A stretch of DNA of 64,000 nt from an uncultured Parcubacteria group bacterium (lineage in GTDB: Bacteria; Patescibacteriota; Patescibacteriia; UBA9934; CAMTUG01): assembly GCA_947084965.1 (NCBI GenBank), contig CAMTUG010000001.1:147914-211913 (forward strand), written 5' to 3'. Below are positions 9,731-19,982 of this stretch, piece by piece. Every line of letters begins with the position of its first letter. Position 1 is the stretch's first letter. Below the pieces are notes generated by a model that searched no databases, was not told the origin of the DNA, and saw only the letters and a list, made by a program, of their open reading frames with translations. The position numbers were made by a program, and so were the translations under genes.

Positions 9731-10084
9731 CTACTTGTTGGCGTCGGCACCGAAGAGGTCGTCATCGATCGCCGTGTTCTTGATCCCGGCGTGGCCGAGG
9801 TCGCCACGGAGGCCGGCGTCCGTCTGGGACAGCAGCTCCAGATCGACGCCGCGGCGGACGAGGGCGACGATTCGGGAGCGGTGATGCCCGGCGTTCTCCT
9901 CGATCAGCGCGCGGATGGCGGCCGTCAGCTCCTCCTTGTCCGGCCTGTACTTGGGGCGCAGACAGCAGTCGGCGGCGGCGGTCAGGCGCTTCTTCCCGAG
10001 GAGGCGCAGGACCTCGCTCGGCGGGGCGCCATTCTGGGGGTTCTGCTTGCGCTGGGGGCGGGGGGACGAGTTGCCGTTGGGCAT
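9731..10084 (-). CDS. hypothetical protein (high-GC islet 2, upstream gene)
   Basis: 117-aa ORF with a basic, low-complexity N-terminus. GC-rich. Confidence 0.4.
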   Translation of the reverse strand: MPNGNSSPRPQRKQNPQNGAPPSEVLRLLGKKRLTAAADCCLRPKYRPDKEELTAAIRALIEENAGHHRSRIVALVRRGVDLELLSQTDAGLRGDLGHAGIKNTAIDDDLFGADANK

Positions 10085-10298
10085 CGATTGACCTCATGTC
10101 TGGGAAGTCGTGGCATCTGTCGGAAGACACTTCCTTCAGGCACACCAACGACCCCGAGAGGGTAGGTCGTCTTGACGAAAAAGTCAATAATCTTTATACT
10201 TCCGCCATAAATCACACAGGTGTGACTAACGGTTTTGGGGCCTGCCCTGGCGTCTGCCAGGGTCCCAATCCCACACACCAACGAAAAAGGAAACTATT

Positions 10299-11135
10299 AT
10301 GTCGACCCTTCCTTCCATGGAAGAATTGCTCGCCGCTGGCGTGCACTTCGGCCACCAGTCCTCGCGCTGGCATCCAAAGATGAAACCGTTCATCTACGGG
10401 GTGCGTGGCGGCGTCCATATTACCAATCTGGACGAAACGGTTCGTCTTCTGCCTCAGGCCCTCGATTTCCTTTCGGGAATCGCTGCTCGTGGTGGAAATA
10501 TTTTGTTTGTCGGTACCAAGCCGCAAGCACGTGAGCTCGTCAAAGCCGCTGCGGAATCCTGCGGCATGCCGTACGTGCACAACCGTTGGCTCGGCGGCAC
10601 GATGACCAATTTTGCCGAGATCAAGCGTTTGATCAAAAAGTTCGTTGACTTGAAAGATAAGCAGGCCAAAGGCGAACTCGCTAAGTACACCAAACAGGAA
10701 CAGGTCTGGTTTGCCCGCGATATCGAAGACATGGATCGCAAAGTCGGTGGCATTCAAGCGATGACGCAGACGCCGGATGCGATCGTGATCATCGACATCA
10801 AAGCAGAAAAAACTGCGCTGATGGAAGCAAAGCAGAAGAACGTGCCGGTGGTGGCGATCGTTGACACCAACGTCAACCCAGATCAGATCGACTATCCGAT
10901 CCCAGGCAACGACGATGGGATCAAATCGATCGGCATGATGCTTACTTTGATGGCCGAAGCGGTCAACGAAGGGAAAGCCAACGCGGTCAAGATCGCGGCA
11001 GCGGCCAAGGCAGCCAAGGAGGAAGAGGCTGATACCAAAGTCAAAGCCGAAGCGGTCGCAGCCGTGGAAGAGTTAGATGAAAAAATTGCGGAGGAACTCG
11101 CTACCAAAAAGATGGAAGAGAAGGTCTCCGCCTAG
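10299..11135 (+). CDS. rpsB: 30S ribosomal protein S2
   Basis: LLAAGVHFGHQSSRWHPKM...VGTKPQA... is the canonical S2 sequence. An A/E/K-rich C-terminal tail is present. Confidence 0.95.
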   Translation: MSTLPSMEELLAAGVHFGHQSSRWHPKMKPFIYGVRGGVHITNLDETVRLLPQALDFLSGIAARGGNILFVGTKPQARELVKAAAESCGMPYVHNRWLGGTMTNFAEIKRLIKKFVDLKDKQAKGELAKYTKQEQVWFARDIEDMDRKVGGIQAMTQTPDAIVIIDIKAEKTALMEAKQKNVPVVAIVDTNVNPDQIDYPIPGNDDGIKSIGMMLTLMAEAVNEGKANAVKIAAAAKAAKEEEADTKVKAEAVAAVEELDEKIAEELATKKMEEKVSA

Positions 11136-11136
11136 G

Positions 11137-11245
11137 TAAATCCGAAATTATAAATCCGAAATCCGAAACAAAATCGAAACGGAAAGAGAAAAACTTTTTC
11201 TCACTCTGATTTTCTCTTTGTTTCGGATTTCCACATTCGAATTTT
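11137..11245. repeat. AT-rich long palindromic repeat, family A, copy 1
   Basis: Left arm AAATCCGAAATCCGAAACAAAATCGAAACGGAAAGAGAAAA; right arm TTTTCTCTTTGTTTCGGATTTCCACATTCGAATTT. Lies between rpsB and tsf. Confidence 0.7.
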
Positions 11246-11252
11246 AATCAGT

Positions 11253-11849
11253 ATGGCAGAGATTACAGCCGCTGCCGTTGCGCAGCTTCGTGAGATGACT
11301 GGTGCCGGAATGATGGACGCCAAAAAAGCGCTCGTCGAGGCGGAAGGGGATTTGGAAAAAGCTGCGGACGCCTTGCGCAAGAGTGGGGTGATCAAAGCGG
11401 GGAAGAAGGCGGAACGCGAAACCAAAGAAGGACGCGTTCACAGCTACATTCACAGCAACGGTAAAGTCGGCGTTCTCGTCGAAGTGTTGTGTGAAACGGA
11501 TTTCGTGGCGCGCAACGAAGCGTTCATCGAACTCTGCAACGACGTCGCCATGCACATCGCCGCTGCCGATCCGTTGTATCTCATCCGCGATCAGGTTCCA
11601 GCCAACGTCGTAGAAAAGGAACGCGAAATGGCTCTGGCGGAGATGGAAGGACAGATGAAACCGCAAGAGATCATGGACAAGATTGTGGAAGGAAAATTGA
11701 GCAAGTATTTCGCCGATGTCGTATTGATGGAGCAGGTCTTCGTTAAAGACGATACCAAGTCGGTCGAAGAGTACGTCAAAGGAAAGATCACCACCCTCGG
11801 TGAAAACATCCAGATCCGACGCTTCGCCCGTTTTCTGCTCGGAGCGTAA
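11253..11849 (+). CDS. tsf: elongation factor Ts (short form)
   Basis: ITAAAVAQLREMTGAGMMDAKKALVEAEGDLEKA and TDFVARNEAF motifs. Classical rpsB-tsf pairing. Confidence 0.95.
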   Translation: MAEITAAAVAQLREMTGAGMMDAKKALVEAEGDLEKAADALRKSGVIKAGKKAERETKEGRVHSYIHSNGKVGVLVEVLCETDFVARNEAFIELCNDVAMHIAAADPLYLIRDQVPANVVEKEREMALAEMEGQMKPQEIMDKIVEGKLSKYFADVVLMEQVFVKDDTKSVEEYVKGKITTLGENIQIRRFARFLLGA

Positions 11850-11865
11850 TTCACCGGTTAACAAG

Positions 11866-11890
11866 AGCCGCCTTTACGGGCGGCTTTTGT
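11866..11890 (+). terminator. intrinsic terminator after tsf
   Basis: GCCGCCTTTACGGGCGGC + TTTTGTG. Confidence 0.6.
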
Positions 11891-11902
11891 GTTATAATTT
11901 TA

Positions 11903-11930
11903 ACGTTGCGGGGCGCAGTGGCCCCGCCTA
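11903..11930 (+). repeat. GC-hairpin repeat, family B, copy 1
   Basis: GCGGGGCGCAGTGGCCCCGCCTATC. The gap ATG follows 14 nt downstream. Confidence 0.65.
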
Positions 11931-11942
11931 TCACATTCTCCT

Positions 11943-12947
11943 ATGCTTCGAGTTGCTATTAATGGGTTCGGACGGATCGGACGGAACGTATTTAAAGTTG
12001 GTTACGGCCGCAAAGGGGTTCAGTTTGTGGCGGTTAATGATTTAACGGAGCCGAAAATTTTGGCCCACCTGCTGAAATATGATTCGACGTTCCGCACCTG
12101 GAAGCACGAAGTAACGTACGATGATCACAATTTGTACATCGACGGCAAAAAACTCCCAGTTGTTGCTGAAATGGAGCCCGCCAAGCTTCCCTGGGGAAGA
12201 TATAAGGTAGACGTGGTGATTGAATCGACCGGTCGATTTACCGATGCAAAATCTGCTGGCGCGCATTTGGACGCGGGCGCCAAGAATGTGGTGATTTCCG
12301 CACCGGCCAAAGAAGTGCCGATGTATTTAATGGGCGTCAATCACAGCAAGCGAAAATCCTCGGAGAAGATCGTTAGTAATGCGTCCTGCACAACCAATTC
12401 AATCGCCCCGGTTGCTGAAATTGTCAACGAACTTTTTGGCATCAAGAAAGCGATGATGACGACAATTCATTCGGTGACGGCCGAACAAAATATCGTTGAT
12501 GGTTTGCCGCCGAAGTTGCATCCAGACATGCGTCGCGCCCGCTCGGCCCTGGTCAACATGGTGCCGACCTCGACCGGCGCGGCCAAGGCGACGATTGAAG
12601 CGATCCCTGAATTGAAAAATAAATTCGATGGGATCGCGGTGCGTGTGCCAACCATTGACGTTTCCCTCTCGGATTTTACATTCTTACTCAAGAAAAAAAC
12701 GACAGCAGAAGAGATCAACAAGGCCTTTGTCAAAGCCGCGGCCCAACCGCGCTGGAAAGGAATCCTTGGTGTGACCGACGAACCGCTGGTGTCAACTGAT
12801 TTTATCGGGAGTACATTTTCGAGCGTCGTCGATTTGCAGATGACCCGTGTCGTGGACGGTGACTTAGTAAAAGTTCTCGCCTGGTACGACAACGAATGGG
12901 GCTACAGTGTCCACCTGATGGACATGGCCGAACATATTGGAAAATAG
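11943..12947 (+). CDS. gap: glyceraldehyde-3-phosphate dehydrogenase
   Basis: INGFGRIGR NAD-binding motif and SCTTNS active-site Cys. Full length. Confidence 0.95.
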   Translation: MLRVAINGFGRIGRNVFKVGYGRKGVQFVAVNDLTEPKILAHLLKYDSTFRTWKHEVTYDDHNLYIDGKKLPVVAEMEPAKLPWGRYKVDVVIESTGRFTDAKSAGAHLDAGAKNVVISAPAKEVPMYLMGVNHSKRKSSEKIVSNASCTTNSIAPVAEIVNELFGIKKAMMTTIHSVTAEQNIVDGLPPKLHPDMRRARSALVNMVPTSTGAAKATIEAIPELKNKFDGIAVRVPTIDVSLSDFTFLLKKKTTAEEINKAFVKAAAQPRWKGILGVTDEPLVSTDFIGSTFSSVVDLQMTRVVDGDLVKVLAWYDNEWGYSVHLMDMAEHIGK

Positions 12948-14214
12948 ATCTGTGGCTCGCAAGATCGTCATTCTCGGTGCGGGGTTTGGGGGGCTGAAGA
13001 CGGCGCTCGATCTTGAGAAATTTTGTACGGGCCTCGGGGAGTGTGAAATTACTCTCGTTGATCGTCGCAGTGAACATCTGTATACGCCGCTTTTGTACGA
13101 AGTGGCGAGTGGATTTTTGTCCAAGCCAAATCATCTCTGTCGCGGGGCACTGCGACAAGGGGTCTGCGTCAGCTATGATGCGTATAAGACGATTTTGCGT
13201 TCGAAATGGGTGAAGTTTAAACACGGGGAAGTTGTTGGGCTCGATACGCCTGCGCAAGAAGTCCATCTCGGCGGGGGAGAACGCCTTTCGTATGATGTTC
13301 TCCTCGTCGCCCTCGGTTCCGAAGTTGCCTATTATGGTATCGCAGGATTGAAGGAGTATGGGTTTCCACTTAAAAACGTGCGCGACGCACTCAACGTGCG
13401 TGAACGGATCTTTCGACTCTTAGAACGGTATCGGACAGGGGTCGATCCATTTTTTTCGATCGTTGTTGGTGGCGGTGGTGCGACCGGCGTCGAATTCGCG
13501 GCTGAGATCGCTCATCATTTTAGGGAACTTGAACAGCAGAAGTTTTTGAAGAAGGGCGGATGGTCGGTGACCCTCGTTGATCAAGCCACAGATGTACTGA
13601 TGGCGTTTCCGAAGGCGTTGCGATCGTGCGCCCAGGCGCGATTGGAGTCGTTGGGGATTCGCGTGCTGTTGAATACGGTTGTGAAGGAAGTAACGGCTGA
13701 TGCGGTCATGGTTGAAACGGAGGGCAAGAAGATGCGGCTTGAAGCCGACGTCACCGTTTGGTGTGGAGGGATCAAACCTTCGTCCACGCTTGAGTCCCTC
13801 GGATTGCCGCTCGGACCAAAAGGGCACCTGATCGTTGATGAAACGTTGCGGGTGTCAGGGTCGACGAATATTTTTGCGATAGGGGACAATGCCCAAATAA
13901 AAGCAGGCGAAGGATTTGTTCCCGCTCTCGCTCAGGCGGCATTTACAGAAGCAGGCCACGTGGCGAAAAATATCTCTCTTCATCTACAAGAAAAGGAACT
14001 TCTCCCTTGGGTTCCACCAACAAGCTGGTGGTCGATCGTTCCCTTGGGGGGAAAGTACGCCGCGGCGCAGATCGGACCGTTCAAGATGATGGGAACGACG
14101 GCATACGTACTGCGTAAATTGGCAGACTTGCGATATTGGCTGATGATTCTGCCTGTCGTTGATGCATTCCGTGTCTGGTTCTCCGGAGCGAGTACGTACA
14201 TCAAAAACGATTAA
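12937..14214 (+). CDS. ndh: type II NADH:quinone oxidoreductase-like FAD/NAD(P) pyridine nucleotide-disulfide oxidoreductase
   Basis: Two Rossmann motifs (IVILGAGFGG; VVGGGGATGVE) and FAIGD motif. The actual start is probably the GTG at about 12952. Confidence 0.7.
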   Translation: MENRSVARKIVILGAGFGGLKTALDLEKFCTGLGECEITLVDRRSEHLYTPLLYEVASGFLSKPNHLCRGALRQGVCVSYDAYKTILRSKWVKFKHGEVVGLDTPAQEVHLGGGERLSYDVLLVALGSEVAYYGIAGLKEYGFPLKNVRDALNVRERIFRLLERYRTGVDPFFSIVVGGGGATGVEFAAEIAHHFRELEQQKFLKKGGWSVTLVDQATDVLMAFPKALRSCAQARLESLGIRVLLNTVVKEVTADAVMVETEGKKMRLEADVTVWCGGIKPSSTLESLGLPLGPKGHLIVDETLRVSGSTNIFAIGDNAQIKAGEGFVPALAQAAFTEAGHVAKNISLHLQEKELLPWVPPTSWWSIVPLGGKYAAAQIGPFKMMGTTAYVLRKLADLRYWLMILPVVDAFRVWFSGASTYIKND

Positions 14215-14223
14215 TGCGTTGTT

Positions 14224-15348
14224 ATGAAATTGCGCCGGATCCAATCCGTCAAACGTCTGGAGGGCAAGCGTGTTTTGGTTCGGGTGGATTTGAATGTGCC
14301 AATTGAAAAGGGAAAGGTGATTGACGGGCCTCATGGGCGGATCGCGCAGGCCGCGGCGGGAATCCAACTCCTGAGAAAAAAAGGGGCCCGTGTGATCGTC
14401 ATGACCCACCTCGGTCGCCCGAAATCTTCCAGGGACAGATCCGTTCGTCTCGCTCCGGTCGCGGCGCGACTTTCGGAATTGCTCGACGCTCCGGTTTTGT
14501 ACAACGGTTCACTCGTTGGTGAAAAGGCGGAAGCGTTGATCGCTCGATTGAAAAATGGCGGAGTGGCGCTCCTTGAAAATCTTCGTTATGACAAACGCGA
14601 GGAGGAGAATGATGCGGAATTTGCACATGAACTGGCTGCGCTCGCCGACCTCTACGTCAACGATGCCTTCGGGGTCTGTCATCGCGCTCATAGTTCAGTT
14701 GCGGCGATCACCAAAGAGCTCCCGAGTTATATGGGGCCGCTTCTGGAACGCGAGATCGCTGTTCTGGCGAACGTCATGGCCAAACCGAAGCGACCATTTG
14801 TGCTGTTGCTAGGCGGGGCGAAGATGGAGACGAAGATTGGTCTGATCCAGCAGTTGGGGCGAAAAGCGAACGTGATCTGTATTGGCGGCGCGCTGGCCCA
14901 TACCTTTCTGGTGACCAAAGGGGAGAAGATCGGTACGTCGCTGTACGAAAAGGATCAGGTCAAGGTTGCCAAGGAGCTGCTAACGCGATTTGGAAAGAAG
15001 ATTGTGCTTCCCGTTGATTTTGTGTGGAAGGATAAGGCGATTCAAGATTGTGGTCCGCGCACGATGCGTAATTTTTTACGTGAATTACAAAAGGCCAAGA
15101 CGATCGTCTGGAACGGTCCGCTCGGGCGGTGCGAAGTCAAACCGTTTTGTGAAGGGACGCATCTGGCGGCCCGAGCGATCGCGGCGATGAAGGCAGAAAC
15201 GATCGTTGGCGGGGGCGACACCGTCCCGATCCTCGAATCCCTTGGCGTGGCCGATCGTTTTACGCATGTTTCGACCGGTGGAGGAGCAATGCTCGCTTTT
15301 CTTTCCGGGGAGAAGCTCCCGGCGATCGAGGCCCTTATGGTAAAATAA
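14224..15348 (+). CDS. pgk: phosphoglycerate kinase
   Basis: RVDLNVP N-terminal motif and GGGA(M/S) C-terminal motif. Full length. Confidence 0.95.
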   Translation: MKLRRIQSVKRLEGKRVLVRVDLNVPIEKGKVIDGPHGRIAQAAAGIQLLRKKGARVIVMTHLGRPKSSRDRSVRLAPVAARLSELLDAPVLYNGSLVGEKAEALIARLKNGGVALLENLRYDKREEENDAEFAHELAALADLYVNDAFGVCHRAHSSVAAITKELPSYMGPLLEREIAVLANVMAKPKRPFVLLLGGAKMETKIGLIQQLGRKANVICIGGALAHTFLVTKGEKIGTSLYEKDQVKVAKELLTRFGKKIVLPVDFVWKDKAIQDCGPRTMRNFLRELQKAKTIVWNGPLGRCEVKPFCEGTHLAARAIAAMKAETIVGGGDTVPILESLGVADRFTHVSTGGGAMLAFLSGEKLPAIEALMVK

Positions 15349-15354
15349 CGTTCT

Positions 15355-16620
15355 ATGAAGCACACCATTGAACACATTCACGCTCACGAGATGTTGGATT
15401 CGCGTGGAAATCCAACGATCAAAGTTTCCATTTTGTTGAAAGACGGAACGGTCGGTAGTGCTTCGGTTCCATCGGGGGCGTCGACCGGCATTCATGAAGC
15501 GCTTGAATTGCGGGATGAGAACCCCAAACGGTATCGGGGCAAAGGGGTGCTAAAGGCGGTGCGCAATGTGAATGAACGGATCGCTCCGATTATTCGCGGG
15601 AAAAATGTTTTCGAACAACGTTCGATCGATGACTTGATGCGTTTGCTCGATGGAACAGAAAATAAACACAAACTCGGAGCGAATGCGATCCTCGGGGTTT
15701 CGCTTGCCTGCGCGCATGCCGGCGCTAAGGCCAAGAAGATGCCACTCTATCAATATATTCGCGCCGTGTACGATCTTCATTATACGAATGATCGATACAC
15801 GCTTCCGTACCCAACGATGAACATCATGAACGGTGGGGTCCACGCTGGGTGGGCGATCGATCTGCAGGAATGCATGATCATCCCACAGCAAAAGCAATTT
15901 AAAGAACGATTGCGTTGTGGGAGTGAAGTGTTTCACGCTCTCGGTGGCTTGTTAAAGAAAAAAGGTTTTTCCACACTGGTTGGCGATGAGGGTGGGTATG
16001 CGGCGAAGTTAAAATCAAATGAAGAGGCGTTGAAGATGATCATGCAGGCGATCACAACGGCCGGATATAAACCTGGACGCGACGTGAAGCTCGGCATGGA
16101 CCCGGCCTCCAGCGAGTTTTATAACGAGAAAACAGATCGTTATGTAATGAAGGCGGATAAAAAAGTTTTGACCGCTGAAGGGATGATCAAGATGTATCAA
16201 GGGTGGGCCAAGAAGTATCCGCTCGTCATGATCGAGGATGGATTAGCACAAGACGATTGGGAGAACTGGATCAAACTCACTAAGGTGATGGGAAAAATGA
16301 CAACGCTCGTTGGGGACGATCTCTTTGTGACCAACGTCGAACGGTTGCAGAAAGGGATCGAGATGCATGTTGGAAATGCGCTTCTAGTTAAAGTTAATCA
16401 GATCGGTACGTTGACTGAAGCGATCGACGCGATCCTCTTGGCGCAAGCGCACGGCTACAAAATTAACGTTTCGCATCGTTCTGGAGAAACAGAAGATACA
16501 ACGATCGCGGATCTCGCCGTGGCGGTCAACGCCGAACATATCAAAACAGGTTCGCTTTCGCGTTCGGAACGGTTAGCCAAATACAATCGTCTGCTTGAAA
16601 TCGAAGAAGAACTTGCCTGA
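15355..16620 (+). CDS. eno: enolase
   Basis: EMLDSRGNPT, SGASTG and SHRSGETED motifs. Confidence 0.95.
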   Translation: MKHTIEHIHAHEMLDSRGNPTIKVSILLKDGTVGSASVPSGASTGIHEALELRDENPKRYRGKGVLKAVRNVNERIAPIIRGKNVFEQRSIDDLMRLLDGTENKHKLGANAILGVSLACAHAGAKAKKMPLYQYIRAVYDLHYTNDRYTLPYPTMNIMNGGVHAGWAIDLQECMIIPQQKQFKERLRCGSEVFHALGGLLKKKGFSTLVGDEGGYAAKLKSNEEALKMIMQAITTAGYKPGRDVKLGMDPASSEFYNEKTDRYVMKADKKVLTAEGMIKMYQGWAKKYPLVMIEDGLAQDDWENWIKLTKVMGKMTTLVGDDLFVTNVERLQKGIEMHVGNALLVKVNQIGTLTEAIDAILLAQAHGYKINVSHRSGETEDTTIADLAVAVNAEHIKTGSLSRSERLAKYNRLLEIEEELA

Positions 16621-16701
16621 TTTGATTGAAGAAAAGTCTTCGCAAAGAGTGCGCGGAACAAGGTAGACGGGGATGGCACGAGCCGATACAATACCTCCAC
16701 T

Positions 16702-18267
16702 ATGGTGAAACCAGCAGTACTCATGGTGTTGGACGGTTGGGGCGTGGCCCCTGAAGGGGAAGGGAACGCCATTGTGACCGCCAACACCCCTGTTTTTGAT
16801 GATATTATCAAACGTTATCCGACGATGACCCTTCGCTCTTCAGGCGAAGAGGTCGGTTTGTCTTGGGGGGAGATGGGCAACTCCGAAGTTGGTCACTTGG
16901 CGATCGGAGCCGGGCGCGTCTATTATCAGATGCTTCCGCGCATTGATCGCGACATCGTGACCGGTGATTTTTTTGCAAATCCCGCATTGACTAAGGCGAT
17001 GACCGTTGGAAAAGAGAAAGCCCTGCATCTTGTCGGGCTTCTTTCACCTGGGCATGTACATGCTATGGACAGCCATTGTCATGCGCTGCTGAAGATGGCG
17101 GCAGATGCCGGAGTGAAGAACGTTTTTTTACACGTTATTTTAGACGGCCGCGATACGCTTTATAACGCTGGTCACGATTTTGTCACCACGTTGCAAACGA
17201 AGATGGCCGAAGTGGGGGTGGGAAAGATCGCCACGGTCGTCGGCCGTTTTTATGCGATGGATCGCGACAACCGTTGGGATCGCACCGGGAAGACGTACAA
17301 CATGATGGTCAAAGGCGAAGGTGAGGCAACGACAGAGGACGTCCTTGCTTCGATCAAGGCGTCGTACGCCAAAGAGGTGTATGACGAGCAGTTTCCGCCG
17401 ACCGTGGTGCTCGAAGGAGGCAAGCCGGTGGCTACAGTCAACGCGGGCGATGCGGTGATCTTCTTTAACTTCCGTCCTGATCGTGCCCGTCAATTGACCC
17501 GCGCGTTTGTCTTGCCTGACTTTGATAAGTTTTCTCGTCAGGCCGTTGAAAATCTCACGTTCGTGACCATGGCGGAATACGAAGCCGGACTCCCGGTTGA
17601 TGTTGCTTACCCACCGCAGAAGATCGTCAACACATTGGCCGAAGTGATCTCTCGACATGGGCTCAAACAGTTGCATATCGCTGAAACAGAAAAGTACGCC
17701 CACGTCACATTTTTTATGAACGGAACGCGCGAAGAGCCCTTTCCTGGGGAGGATCGCGTGATCATCCCGTCGCCGCGCGTTGCCAGTTACGACGAGGTGC
17801 CAGAGATGTCGGCCTATGCTCTAACAGATCGCGTCGTCAAAGAGGTTAAAGCTGGGACGTATGATCTGATCGTCCTGAATTTTGCCAACGGCGATATGGT
17901 CGGCCACACTGGCAATCTTCCGGCAACGGTGAAAGCCTGCGAAGCAGTAGACGAGTGCGTTGGCAACATTGTTTCGGCCACGCTGGAAGCGGGCGGGGTC
18001 GTCTTCGTCACTGCGGACCATGGGAATGCGGAGGAGGTTAAAAATCTGCAGACCGGGGACATGGACAAGGAGCATTCCACAAATCCGGTGCCCTTTTATG
18101 TGATCGGTGCTCAGTTCGAAGGGCAAGCTTCCCCTTCCGGAGAAGTTCCTGGCGGGGATCTTTCGCTGATGCCCCCGGTCGGGATGTTAGCCGACGTCGC
18201 CCCAACGATCCTTTCCGTTTTGGGGATTCCTCAGCCGGAAGAGATGACGGGTACACCCCTTATATGA
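16702..18267 (+). CDS. gpmI: 2,3-bisphosphoglycerate-independent phosphoglycerate mutase
   Basis: VLMVLDGWG N-terminus, TADHGNAE and other iPGM motifs. 521 aa. Confidence 0.9.
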   Translation: MVKPAVLMVLDGWGVAPEGEGNAIVTANTPVFDDIIKRYPTMTLRSSGEEVGLSWGEMGNSEVGHLAIGAGRVYYQMLPRIDRDIVTGDFFANPALTKAMTVGKEKALHLVGLLSPGHVHAMDSHCHALLKMAADAGVKNVFLHVILDGRDTLYNAGHDFVTTLQTKMAEVGVGKIATVVGRFYAMDRDNRWDRTGKTYNMMVKGEGEATTEDVLASIKASYAKEVYDEQFPPTVVLEGGKPVATVNAGDAVIFFNFRPDRARQLTRAFVLPDFDKFSRQAVENLTFVTMAEYEAGLPVDVAYPPQKIVNTLAEVISRHGLKQLHIAETEKYAHVTFFMNGTREEPFPGEDRVIIPSPRVASYDEVPEMSAYALTDRVVKEVKAGTYDLIVLNFANGDMVGHTGNLPATVKACEAVDECVGNIVSATLEAGGVVFVTADHGNAEEVKNLQTGDMDKEHSTNPVPFYVIGAQFEGQASPSGEVPGGDLSLMPPVGMLADVAPTILSVLGIPQPEEMTGTPLI

Positions 18268-18381
18268 AATACGAAATACGAAATCCGAAACAATTTATAA
18301 TGGTGAAAAGAGAAAACGGTTTTCAGATTCTGATTTTTCTCTTGTTTTGTATTTCGATATTCGAATTTCGAGTTTTGCCGT
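18268..18381. repeat. AT-rich long palindromic repeat, family A, copy 2
   Basis: AAATACGAAATACGAAATCCGAAACAATTT ... TTTTGTATTTCGATATTCGAATTTCGAG. Lies between gpmI and the PAP2 gene. Confidence 0.7.
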
Positions 18382-18888
18382 ATGTTAAAACTTGATTACA
18401 CCATCTCGTCTTGGCTTGACCAGCTGACCGACATGTCCCCATTTTGGGGCGATGTGGCGACGTTTTGCGCCCGTTACTTAGTGTTTGTGTTTGGTATCCT
18501 GGCCGTGTATGGACATCTGCAGTCATCACATCCGCAAGCACTGGTGTTGATGGTGGCTTCGTTGGCCCTCGGGTATGCAGTGACGATCGGGATCGCGTTT
18601 ACGGTGCGTCGTAAGAGGCCGTACGAATATCTGGGGGACATGAAGCATATGCGTCTGCCGGTTTACACCCCATCGTTTCCTTCGGGGCACGCCACGCTTG
18701 CTTTTGCCATCGCTGGGAGCTTTATCGGATCATACAGCGGAATCATTTTACCGATCGTCCTGATCATCGCCACGGTCATCGCCGTTTCCCGGGTGATCGT
18801 CGGGGTACATTATGTCAGTGATATTCTGGCCGGCGCGGTCATCGGCCTTGCCGCGAACTGGTTTATCGGCACACACATTATTTTATGA
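18382..18888 (+). CDS. PAP2-family membrane phosphatase (undecaprenyl-diphosphatase-like)
   Basis: PAP2 signature motifs KRPYEY...PSGH...SRVIVGVHYVSD. Confidence 0.8.
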   Translation: MLKLDYTISSWLDQLTDMSPFWGDVATFCARYLVFVFGILAVYGHLQSSHPQALVLMVASLALGYAVTIGIAFTVRRKRPYEYLGDMKHMRLPVYTPSFPSGHATLAFAIAGSFIGSYSGIILPIVLIIATVIAVSRVIVGVHYVSDILAGAVIGLAANWFIGTHIIL

Positions 18889-19982
18889 AAGCGATTATTT
18901 TAGCCGGCGGTTCAGGAACCCGGCTCTGGCCGCTGTCGCGTGAGCGCCAACCAAAGCAATTACAATCTGTTCTTGGGGGGAAGTCGCTTTTGCAGAATAC
19001 GTACGAGCGACTCCTGCGTTTGTTTACGCCGGGGGATATCTTGATTGCCACCGGCCGAGGAGACGCCAAGACGGTGCAGATGCAGCTGCCGAAAGTTCCT
19101 CCCAAGCAGTTGTTCGTCGAACCGGAGCGCAAAGGGACGGCGGCAGCGATCGGGTATGCCGTGGCCGCGATCGCTAAACATGATCCGGAGGAAACGTTCG
19201 TGGTCATTAATTCCGACGCCCACATCGTGGAGGTCGAAGAATATCTCGCCTGCATCTCCATGGCCGATGAGCTGGCCCGGTTGAAGCACGGCTCGGTCGT
19301 TTTGATCGGCGTCCGTCCGACCTACCCAGAAACGGGGTATGGCTATATTCATCTCGGTTCCGCTGCGGCCTGGGTCGGACCGACGGATAACCAGCGTTTG
19401 GCTCATTCCGTGGATAAATTTGTTGAAAAACCGAATGCCGATCTCGCCGCCGAGTACGTGCTTTCCGGCGAGTACTTGTGGAATCCGACGTTGATTGTGG
19501 CTCAAGCGGGGACGTTCTTAAGGCGGTACGAAGAGCACGCTCCAGAGATCTATCAGCAGCTGATGCGCATTCAAGCAGCGATCGGCAAGACCGGGGAAAA
19601 ACTGGCGATCGCCGACGCTTTTGAAAAAATACCGGAGGACTCAATTGACAAGGCGATCTTAGAAAAGGGCGGGAAGATGCTCGTCGTGCCGGGTAATTTT
19701 GGCTGGTCAGACATCGGTTCTTGGCGGGCGGTGTATGATGTACAAAGTGCGCTTGAAGAGAGCGAACAGAAGAACGTCGTGCGCGGTAACGTGGTGTGTG
19801 TGGAAGGATCTGGTAATCTGTTGTGTACGACAGAAAAGAAATTGCTCGCCGTTCACGGTGTGCATAACCTCGTTGTCATCGACACCGAAGATGCTCTCCT
19901 TGTTTGTTCGCGCGAAGATGCGCAAGGGGTCAAGCGGATCGTGAACGAGTTAAAGTCACGGGGAATGCAAAAGTTTTTATGA
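18885..19982 (+). CDS. mannose-1-phosphate guanylyltransferase-like nucleotidyltransferase
   Basis: N-terminal AIILAGGSGTRLWPLSRERQPKQ motif. Long GMPP/ManC-like C-domain. Confidence 0.8.
   Translation: MKAIILAGGSGTRLWPLSRERQPKQLQSVLGGKSLLQNTYERLLRLFTPGDILIATGRGDAKTVQMQLPKVPPKQLFVEPERKGTAAAIGYAVAAIAKHDPEETFVVINSDAHIVEVEEYLACISMADELARLKHGSVVLIGVRPTYPETGYGYIHLGSAAAWVGPTDNQRLAHSVDKFVEKPNADLAAEYVLSGEYLWNPTLIVAQAGTFLRRYEEHAPEIYQQLMRIQAAIGKTGEKLAIADAFEKIPEDSIDKAILEKGGKMLVVPGNFGWSDIGSWRAVYDVQSALEESEQKNVVRGNVVCVEGSGNLLCTTEKKLLAVHGVHNLVVIDTEDALLVCSREDAQGVKRIVNELKSRGMQKFL

Noticed and set aside
11137-11245. Possible CRISPR array suggested by the tandem CGAAAT(A/C)CGAAAT repeats
   Set aside because: Units are only 6-7 bp with no unique spacers. 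The left and right halves are mutually complementary (a long hairpin). There are no cas genes. This is a palindromic REP/MITE-like element, not CRISPR.
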